From the IMG/VR virus record IMGVR_UViG_3300025087_000051: a DNA stretch of 14,626 bases, one strand, 5' to 3'. The DNA comes from a virus. Taxonomy: Duplodnaviria > Heunggongvirae > Uroviricota > Caudoviricetes. The notes beneath the pieces are model-generated. The model was not told the origin of the DNA and ran no database searches. It saw only the letters and a list, made by a program, of their open reading frames with translations. Shown here one piece after another: positions 1 to 6,409 of the stretch; the first letter of the stretch is position 1, and every line of letters starts with the position of its first letter. A program made the position numbers and the translations under genes.

Positions 1-91
1 CTCCAATAATGTTTAAGCAAAGAATAGTTGATAAGTTAAAAACAGGATCAAAGAATATTTAGTAGAAGTTGATTATTGGAGGGAATGAATA

Positions 92-187
92 ATGGGCATT
101 GAAATTTTATCAATTATATTTTTGACTTGGGCTGGATTTTTTACTTGTCTCGGATTGAAATTGACAGGTAAAATTCAATGTGGCTAG
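92..187 (+). CDS. Small hydrophobic protein, 31 aa (MGIEILSIIFLTWAGFFTCLGLKLTGKIQCG)
   Basis: Translated by hand (below track cutoff); GGAGG at 78-82 upstream of ATG; single TM-like segment. Confidence 0.45.
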   Translation: MGIEILSIIFLTWAGFFTCLGLKLTGKIQCG

Positions 188-288
188 TGGTTGGTTTGTT
201 CCCCGATTTGGGGAATATTTATCATTTGTGTTTTTATTTTTTTGTTTATCATTTGGATCGAGAAACAAGCAAAAAATTAAATGAATAA
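178..288 (+). CDS. Possible small hydrophobic protein, 36 aa (MWLVVGLFPDLGNIYHLCFYFFVYHLDRETSKKLNE)
   Basis: Hand translation; overlaps the previous stop and the next start, filling the gap; no clear SD. Confidence 0.3.
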   Translation: MWLVVGLFPDLGNIYHLCFYFFVYHLDRETSKKLNE

Positions 289-514
289 ATATAAAGAAAC
301 CATTGCCGCCGCATCTCTATTATTTATTTTTATTATAATACTTATAATTTTGTTTTTTACAAAAAAAGAAGATTTGGTGCAAGAAATTGTACTTATAAAT
401 CCAGAAATGGGTAGTCACGTAATAGAGATTTCACCAAACAAAAAATATGTTCAAGTAAAAATCATTAACAGTGGGATTGGAACATTTACTGTGTCGTTGG
501 GAATTCAAAAATGA
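281..514 (+). CDS. Small protein with N-terminal transmembrane helix, 77 aa
   Basis: ORF track; hydrophobic AAASLLFIFIIILIILFF followed by a short beta-like region; ATGA overlap with next gene. Confidence 0.7.
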   Translation: MNKYKETIAAASLLFIFIIILIILFFTKKEDLVQEIVLINPEMGSHVIEISPNKKYVQVKIINSGIGTFTVSLGIQK

Positions 515-720
515 CGCACGAATACGAAAACATAAAAAGAATTACCTACAAAACTGATGGAGGACTGGCTATTTTTATCCCTATATGTGAAAAATGTGGA
601 AGATTTGTAAGGGCTGATAAATTAATATGGGCAAACGAAAGTAAAGGATTGAAAGATTGTCCAAATGCAATCTGTAAAAAGTGCAAAAGAACAAAAATGT
701 TATTTGAGGGGTTTTTCTAA
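511..720 (+). CDS. Zn-ribbon protein (CEKC...CKKC), 69 aa
   Basis: Two CxxC knuckles; ATGA coupling to upstream ORF. Confidence 0.8.
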   Translation: MTHEYENIKRITYKTDGGLAIFIPICEKCGRFVRADKLIWANESKGLKDCPNAICKKCKRTKMLFEGFF

Positions 721-894
721 ATGTTCAAGAGCAAGAGATTCGTCAAAGGTTTTAAAAATTTTGACAAAGCAATAAACGAATTAAAAAAAACACACAAAAG
801 AACCAATATTGATTTTATAAATACAATAACAAGTAGTGGACTATCTGGATATTTTTACATCGCAGAAAAAGACACAGGATTACTAAAAGAGTAA
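721..894 (+). CDS. Hypothetical basic protein, 57 aa (MFKSKRFVKGFKNFDKAINELKK...DTGLLKE)
   Basis: Hand translation; ATG directly after the previous TAA; GAGGGG just upstream. Confidence 0.65.
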   Translation: MFKSKRFVKGFKNFDKAINELKKTHKRTNIDFINTITSSGLSGYFYIAEKDTGLLKE

Positions 895-939
895 AAGCAT
901 ATACATTGTTTAAAGGATTTTTCAAAGGAGGAGATTATT

Positions 940-1308
940 ATGAGTAGAATTAGGAATTTTGTATTGGTGAATTTAATAGTAGGTTTAGCAGGATTGAATT
1001 TCTTATTTGCCGGAACGGACACGAGCCAATATGGTGGTGGAAACGATACGATTAAATTTGTAAATCCTGAAAACAAATTAGAAAATCTTATCGGAAAAAC
1101 AATCCATCGTGACGTACCGGCCAAAAACAAAACAGAGTGCGATACCGCTTATCAAAATACACCATATACGATAGATTCTTATAATGAAAATATTGTAAGT
1201 TTAAGAGACGAAAAGGGAAATCTGATAATATTGAATAGAAGTTTATGGGTTGAATACATAGGAATAAAAAATTTAACGAAAAGTAAGAAATGTTTTAAAT
1301 ATCCATGA
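940..1308 (+). CDS. Hypothetical protein with N-terminal signal/TM segment, 122 aa
   Basis: Strong SD AAGGAGG; hydrophobic N-terminus FVLVNLIVGLAGLNFLFA. Confidence 0.8.
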   Translation: MSRIRNFVLVNLIVGLAGLNFLFAGTDTSQYGGGNDTIKFVNPENKLENLIGKTIHRDVPAKNKTECDTAYQNTPYTIDSYNENIVSLRDEKGNLIILNRSLWVEYIGIKNLTKSKKCFKYP

Positions 1309-1333
1309 AAAATTAATTATTTAAAAATTTCCA

Positions 1334-1362
1334 TTGACAACTTTGAAAATTCTTGTTATATA
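1334..1362 (+). promoter_or_regulatory. sigma70-type promoter TTGACA-17 bp-TATATA with extended -10 TG
   Basis: TTGACA 1334-1339, 17-nt spacer, TG 1354-1355, TATATA 1357-1362, AT-rich upstream sequence; intergenic, upstream of the helicase. Confidence 0.75.
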
Positions 1363-1400
1363 TCCTTACACACATGCATAACCTCTTTCTTTCTGTTTGG

Positions 1401-1448
1401 TGCTGTCGCCTTGTTATCCGCCCGTCAAAACTCCTCAAGGCGGCAGCA
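1401..1448 (+). promoter_or_regulatory. GC-rich 13-bp stem-loop in the helicase 5' leader
   Basis: TGCTGTCGCCTTG (1401-1413) pairs with CAAGGCGGCAGCA (1436-1448), one G-U pair, 22-nt loop; no following U-tract. Confidence 0.5.
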
Positions 1449-1486
1449 TCTCCTGAATATAACCAAAAAAATACCAATAAACAATA

Positions 1487-3049
1487 ATGACAAGAGCTAA
1501 CAACTTATCACAACTATTAGAAAATCCTTTCAATCCTTTTCCTTCGGCTATTTTCCCTCCCACCGACAGGCTTCACGATACCGAAAAACTAGAAGTAAAA
1601 GACGTTCCAGAGATTACTTTTTTTAGCATGTTAAATGAAGCAGGAACAGAAAGTATAAAAAAAGAGTATCCATTTCTTCGTGATTATCAGATACCGTCGG
1701 TCGCACTGAGCCAATCAATGAATAAATATGCCTTCTTCTGGCAAAAGGGACTGGGGAAAACCCTTCTTGGTACTATCATAGCAAAGGAAAAATCTACACA
1801 GGGAAAAGTTTTAATCGTTGTGAGGAAAATTACGATTCGCTCTTCTGGTGGTTGGATCGAACATTTTCACTGGATAGCTCCAAAACTTCTATATACTGAC
1901 TTATGCGTTAACAAAAGCGGTAAAAAAGAAGAATTAATAGCAAGAAGAAATTTAATAGATGTTCCGGTATATTTCATCAACCATGAGAAATTCAGATTGT
2001 ATTGGGATGTTATTTGCAAAGGAATAGATACAGTTATTATAGACGAATCAAGTCTATTAAGAAATAACAAGTCTGGGCTTACTAGGGCTTTTATTAAGGC
2101 TGACCAAAAATACAATTTCAAAAATATTTATCCTCTTAGTGGTCTCCCCGCTCCTAATAATCCACACGAATATTTCAACCAGATCAGATTAGTCGATAAA
2201 AATTTGCTCGGTACAAGTTTCGAACATTTCCTCTCTACTTATTTTAGGCATGCCAACAAGAAAAAGGGAGAAATCGGAACTTATATTCTGAAAAATCCTG
2301 AGCAATTCATGGAAAAGCTAAAGTCTGTCTCGATTTATGTTGACGGCAAAAAAGAAGACCTTCCGAAAGAAATAGTTTCACCCGAATATTTTGAATTGAA
2401 TGAAAAACAAAGAAAATATTATGACATTGTTATGAGCGATATACAAGATTATGTTCAAACTCACAAAGACATGGCGATCCAATCACTTCTACCAGAAATA
2501 GCAAAGACGATAAAGGCGTTGGAGATTATTTGTGGCTTCTACATTAATAATACCGAAAACAAGGTTGTTCTTGTTAAGACTGAACTCTATAACACTGTTT
2601 ATGAATTTCTCCGAACCGTTCCGAAAGAAAAAGTATTGATCGGGTGTAATTTCGACATTGAACAAAACATAATGGTTAATTATCTTGTGAGGCGTGGGCA
2701 CTCCGTTGCGTTTATTACAGGCTCACATAGTGATAAGGAACGACAAAGCGCATTAAATGCTTTTCTAAACGGCAACGTTCAATATTTAGTAGCAAAGATG
2801 AAGGTATTAAAATATAGTATTAATTTACCAACGATAGATTATTGCATAACTACTTCTCTGACTCATTCGTTTGATGATTACGATCAATTTAAGGGTAGAA
2901 TTAAAAGAGCGACAGGTAATCAGGAGCATAGAACTGTTTTCCAAATACCGATGATTGCCGAGAATACTGTAGCCGAACCAATATTTAAGGCACTAGAAAA
3001 CAAGGAAGATGTTTCGCAGGCTGTTTTAAATTATTTACTAAGAAATTAA
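1487..3049 (+). CDS. SF2 (SNF2-like) helicase/ATPase, phage type, 520 aa
   Basis: LRDYQ Q-motif, Walker A QKGLGKT, Walker B IIDESS, motif III LSGLP, C-terminal RecA-like lobe (KVLIGCNF, FLNGNVQYLV), motif VI QFKGRIKR. Confidence 0.9.
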   Translation: MTRANNLSQLLENPFNPFPSAIFPPTDRLHDTEKLEVKDVPEITFFSMLNEAGTESIKKEYPFLRDYQIPSVALSQSMNKYAFFWQKGLGKTLLGTIIAKEKSTQGKVLIVVRKITIRSSGGWIEHFHWIAPKLLYTDLCVNKSGKKEELIARRNLIDVPVYFINHEKFRLYWDVICKGIDTVIIDESSLLRNNKSGLTRAFIKADQKYNFKNIYPLSGLPAPNNPHEYFNQIRLVDKNLLGTSFEHFLSTYFRHANKKKGEIGTYILKNPEQFMEKLKSVSIYVDGKKEDLPKEIVSPEYFELNEKQRKYYDIVMSDIQDYVQTHKDMAIQSLLPEIAKTIKALEIICGFYINNTENKVVLVKTELYNTVYEFLRTVPKEKVLIGCNFDIEQNIMVNYLVRRGHSVAFITGSHSDKERQSALNAFLNGNVQYLVAKMKVLKYSINLPTIDYCITTSLTHSFDDYDQFKGRIKRATGNQEHRTVFQIPMIAENTVAEPIFKALENKEDVSQAVLNYLLRN

Positions 3050-3051
3050 TC

Positions 3052-3615
3052 ATGCTTGAAAAGTTCACAAAAAAAGAGCACAAAAAAGAATTAAGATATT
3101 TTAAGGAGTGGTATAACGAAGAAATACAATTTTATATTCTTTCTTATTTGTTGTCGAATCCTAATTATCATGCAGTGCAAAAAATTACAACACATGCACA
3201 CGACAAATGCAAAGGCAAACCATACTACGATGATTTTTGGATGGTATTATACAATACAGATTATTTAGAAATTAAGGGATCGATAGAATTGGAAACAAAG
3301 AATATACCAGACAAAGACAAAAAATATAGAATTACTTCAAAAGGCATTGATTCACTGAAAATGACTTCTGGCAATTTTATAGACTTGGTCAAACTTCTCG
3401 AAGAAAAAGAATCCAAAGAATTAACTGTTTTTAATTTTTTCGATCATTATAATATACAAAAAAATAGAAATAATACTTTTTCTATTTTTAAAAATGATGG
3501 TTCTGTGTTTTATTTAGTTCCCTACTGGCTGAATGATGTTTTTTGGAAATTGATAGAACAGGGTAAAGACGAAATTAGAGAAGAAATAAAAGATACATTA
3601 AAAATTCAACAATGA
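3052..3615 (+). CDS. Hypothetical protein with a possible winged-helix domain, 187 aa
   Basis: ILSYLL helix followed by wing-like KYRITSKGIDSL; starts 2 nt after the helicase stop. Confidence 0.75.
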   Translation: MLEKFTKKEHKKELRYFKEWYNEEIQFYILSYLLSNPNYHAVQKITTHAHDKCKGKPYYDDFWMVLYNTDYLEIKGSIELETKNIPDKDKKYRITSKGIDSLKMTSGNFIDLVKLLEEKESKELTVFNFFDHYNIQKNRNNTFSIFKNDGSVFYLVPYWLNDVFWKLIEQGKDEIREEIKDTLKIQQ

Positions 3616-3622
3616 TATTGCT

Positions 3623-3700
3623 GGCACTGTAGGGGTACATCCAGCGTAGCGGGGTAGTGCGGGAGAGGTCGGAAATCGTTTCGATCTCTCCCAATGCCTA
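3623..3700 (+). ncRNA. GC-rich structured RNA candidate (imperfect HDV-like double-pseudoknot topology)
   Basis: Non-coding GC island in AT-rich surroundings; 14-bp hairpin 3661-3692 plus pairings GCACTG/TAGTGC, TAC/GTA and TAGG/CCTA. The identity is unproven. Confidence 0.45.
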
Positions 3701-3712
3701 TTAATAAAGATT

Positions 3713-4105
3713 ATGAAAAAACATATATATATTTTATTTTTACTTATAATGGTTATAGGTTGTTTTTATTTTCTGGGAAAGGCTTTTCTATACAAAGATC
3801 GTACCGATTGTATTATTAGCGGAATATTTTCTTCTATGGGAATATGTGTAGCCTTGCTGAAAACAAATCTAAAAAATTTTACGTTTTATAAAAAAATCAA
3901 AACAAATAGAATTATTGCTGAATTTTTTAAAAATAATTATCTATCATTGACTAAAGAAGAAAAAGAATACATCACGGAAGAATGCTCCATTCCTACAGTT
4001 ACACAAGACTCTGAGGTACTTTACAAAATAATTAAAAGGCTTGGGCTTTGGTATATAAAAAACAGACTTAGTGAATTTGAAAATAAAAATCCTAAATGCA
4101 GTTAA
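3713..4105 (+). CDS. Membrane protein with two N-terminal TM helices, 130 aa
   Basis: Two hydrophobic segments at about residues 5-25 and 34-50; no SD. Confidence 0.75.
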   Translation: MKKHIYILFLLIMVIGCFYFLGKAFLYKDRTDCIISGIFSSMGICVALLKTNLKNFTFYKKIKTNRIIAEFFKNNYLSLTKEEKEYITEECSIPTVTQDSEVLYKIIKRLGLWYIKNRLSEFENKNPKCS

Positions 4106-4590
4106 TAATCTGGAAAGAACAAATAGAAGATAGGAAAGGTTTGCAGTTTGTTGGCGATATTGGTGTATATCCTAACATAATCGCTCACGATATTGGTATT
4201 AATGACAAAGATCACTTATTTTTTATATATACAGAAATTAGCGCAAACAGTTTTTCTGAATGTAGCGATTTGTTCTATTCTTTATTTGCTCAGTTTTTAG
4301 AAGATGTTGGAGAAATCACAAACAACGACTTGATTAAAACACTCAGGAGGGAAATACGTTTAAGAACAAAAATCAGATTTAAAGACTCTAAGCTTTGTGG
4401 ATACGTAGGCAGTGTTATGGTTTTTTGCTGTAATAAAAGTATTTACAATAATCGTACTTGGATATTAAGAATATTTCCAATATCTGTGGTGTCTCTATCT
4501 ATTGAAAGCGGAAAAATCAAATTGGAGGAGGTGTTGAACCATGAACTTAATATTATATTCCATGATTTGATTTGGAATTCTTTGAAATGA
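4096..4590 (+). CDS. Hypothetical protein, 164 aa
   Basis: ORF track; 10-nt overlap with the upstream gene; globular composition; no family recognised. Confidence 0.75.
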   Translation: MQLIIWKEQIEDRKGLQFVGDIGVYPNIIAHDIGINDKDHLFFIYTEISANSFSECSDLFYSLFAQFLEDVGEITNNDLIKTLRREIRLRTKIRFKDSKLCGYVGSVMVFCCNKSIYNNRTWILRIFPISVVSLSIESGKIKLEEVLNHELNIIFHDLIWNSLK

Positions 4591-4697
4591 TGACAGGACA
4601 ATCCTTGTCGAGCGAAAAAAATTTACTTGTGGGCGACAGCCCACCACAGTTGTTGTGTCCTGTACATGGTGTTGCTTGCAAATTTGTGCAAGAATAA
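4587..4697 (+). CDS. Possible 36-aa microprotein/leader peptide (MMTGQSLSSEKNLLVGDSPPQLLCPVHGVACKFVQE)
   Basis: Hand translation; ATGA overlap with the upstream stop; CPVHG..C motif; the region is also GC-rich and structured. Confidence 0.45.
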   Translation: MMTGQSLSSEKNLLVGDSPPQLLCPVHGVACKFVQE

Positions 4698-4742
4698 CTT
4701 GATTACCCCGCAAAGAAAAACCCACAGCCGTAGGATGAAATT

Positions 4743-4913
4743 ATGAAAATTGTATTTAAAAATAAAAAGCAAATTGAAATAACAGAGGAAGAGGTTCAGT
4801 TAATTGCCAAAAGAATAATTGATGGTTGTGGAAATTTCCAAGTATTTTCAGATAAAAAAAGTGGTAGAGTGATTTCGATTATAAATTTAAGTGAAGTTGT
4901 TTATATAATTTAA
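4743..4913 (+). CDS. Hypothetical protein, 56 aa (MKIVFKNKKQIEITEEEVQLIAKRII...NLSEVVYII)
   Basis: Hand translation; AGGA upstream; beta-helix-beta pattern common in small phage proteins. Confidence 0.7.
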   Translation: MKIVFKNKKQIEITEEEVQLIAKRIIDGCGNFQVFSDKKSGRVISIINLSEVVYII

Positions 4914-4926
4914 TAGGAGAAAATTT

Positions 4927-5175
4927 TTGAATAATAAAATAATAAAAATTGTAGATGAGAATAAAAACGAAATTAAGTCAGATCAAAAAATATGTCATCG
5001 GTTTCAGCCAGTAGTGATTCCATATTCTGCTCAAACTTTAGCAGGTGTTGAAACCAGAATTGATATGAAACAAATCAATTGTTATAAGGAAAAATGTGAA
5101 CTTTGGTATGCGGAAATGGGAATGTGTGCGGAAAAGTACAATTATATTAAAAACAAAGAAGGAGAGGTAATGTGA
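4927..5175 (+). CDS. Cys-motif protein A (paralog of next gene), 82 aa
   Basis: AGGAG SD, TTG start; CxRFQP...CxxxKCxxWxxExxMC. Confidence 0.8.
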   Translation: MNNKIIKIVDENKNEIKSDQKICHRFQPVVIPYSAQTLAGVETRIDMKQINCYKEKCELWYAEMGMCAEKYNYIKNKEGEVM

Positions 5176-5471
5176 CCGATACTAATAACATAGGCAACGA
5201 AAATAAAGCAGCGGAAAAGATGGTTTTAGGATTTTGTAGTAAGTTTCAACCTCAAATAGTTCCGCACGCCGTGGGGCCTGGTAAGACATTAATAAATTAT
5301 AAACCGTATTATTTTCCATGTACCGGCGACAAATGTACTGATTCTTGGTGTCACGAGCATAAGATGTGTAGACATGCTTGTGAACATTTGGAGGCGTTTC
5401 ATCCTTTAGAAGAAGGAGAAGATGAAGAATCTATAATGGAAAACGATGAAGAGGTTTTGCAAGTCCCATGA
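5172..5471 (+). CDS. Cys-motif protein B with acidic tail, 99 aa
   Basis: GTGA coupling; CxKFQP...CxxxKCxxxWxxExxMC. Confidence 0.8.
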   Translation: MTDTNNIGNENKAAEKMVLGFCSKFQPQIVPHAVGPGKTLINYKPYYFPCTGDKCTDSWCHEHKMCRHACEHLEAFHPLEEGEDEESIMENDEEVLQVP

Positions 5472-5857
5472 GACCTGGCGATACTTCTTGGCGATACATA
5501 TTGCGATGTTTAGGTGAGTTAAAAGAAGACGACTGGATAACGAGTAAGGAATTTGGCAATTTATTTTCAGTGCCAGTACGTATCGTAACTAATCATTTTA
5601 AAAAATTAAGAAAATATTCACTTATTGTTAGACAGCCAGACATAGATGCGAGAAGTGTGAGAGGTGGCAATCATTACAAATACCAATTATCTGCATCTGG
5701 CAAAAAAAAGATGGAATATTGGAAGAAATATAAAGATAGTATAGATTTTGACAGGAATAAAATAAAGTGTCCTCGCTGTGATTTCCAGATAAATATTGCA
5801 GAATTAAAATTTTTGTGCGGATTAAATATAAACGAAAAAGGAGGTGATAAATCATGA
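5468..5857 (+). CDS. Winged helix-turn-helix transcription regulator with C-terminal Zn knuckle, 129 aa
   Basis: ITSKEFGNLFSVPVRIVTNHFKKLRKYSLI helix-turn-helix, wing YKYQLSASGKK, CPRC plus a downstream Cys; ATGA coupling. Confidence 0.85.
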   Translation: MRPGDTSWRYILRCLGELKEDDWITSKEFGNLFSVPVRIVTNHFKKLRKYSLIVRQPDIDARSVRGGNHYKYQLSASGKKKMEYWKKYKDSIDFDRNKIKCPRCDFQINIAELKFLCGLNINEKGGDKS

Positions 5858-6252
5858 GTATTGATGCAAAAGATATTAAAGTCGGTGATAGATATTTGTG
5901 TGAGTTTCCAAATAGTAATTTTGTAAGTGATTATCTTGTTGTTGAAATTGTTCTTGCGAATTTACAAGATAAAAAATATGTAAAAATCGTGAATGAATGT
6001 GAAATTGGTGGCAAATGGGTGACTTTGGATACATTATCAAGTTCAATAATAGGAAAATTAGAAGATAAAGACGAATACGATTTAGGCGAAGTGTATGACG
6101 GAATATCTGTGGATGATGAAGAACAGTTGCAATTAGAACATGAAAAAAATAAAGAAAAAATGGATTATTTGCAAGAGTTTGTGGAGGTACAAACCGAATA
6201 TTTAAAGATGTTAATAGGAGAGAAAAAAAATACTGATAATTGGAAAGGATAG
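5854..6252 (+). CDS. Hypothetical protein, SH3/KOW-like N-terminus, 132 aa
   Basis: AGGAGG SD; DIKVGDRYL start typical of small beta-barrels; acidic helical C-terminus. Confidence 0.8.
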   Translation: MSIDAKDIKVGDRYLCEFPNSNFVSDYLVVEIVLANLQDKKYVKIVNECEIGGKWVTLDTLSSSIIGKLEDKDEYDLGEVYDGISVDDEEQLQLEHEKNKEKMDYLQEFVEVQTEYLKMLIGEKKNTDNWKG

Positions 6253-6255
6253 AAT

Positions 6256-6405
6256 ATGAGCATAATATCAAGTATCTGTGCAGACAATGCAAACGAAGTA
6301 AAAGCTGAATGGGCATTAAGATTGGAAGTTGCCATAAAGCATAAGAGTTGGAAAGAAGTAGAAAAAATAAAATCAGACATGGAAGAATATTTGTTTTCGG
6401 AGTAA
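6256..6405 (+). CDS. Small helical protein, 49 aa (MSIISSICADNANEVKAEWALRLEVAIKHKSWKEVEKIKSDMEEYLFSE)
   Basis: Hand translation; AAGGA upstream; exactly fills the gap between neighbours. Confidence 0.65.
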   Translation: MSIISSICADNANEVKAEWALRLEVAIKHKSWKEVEKIKSDMEEYLFSE

Positions 6406-6409
6406 TATT

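Noticed and set aside
1-62. 3' end of an upstream gene (frame ending TAG 60-62)
   Set aside because: Too short to characterise or support.
3623-3698. tRNA: 76 nt, 7-bp closing stem followed by TA, and a TTCGA motif
   Set aside because: No anticodon arm or 5-bp T-stem, no GG D-loop, no CCA; the TTCGA lies inside a 14-bp hairpin.
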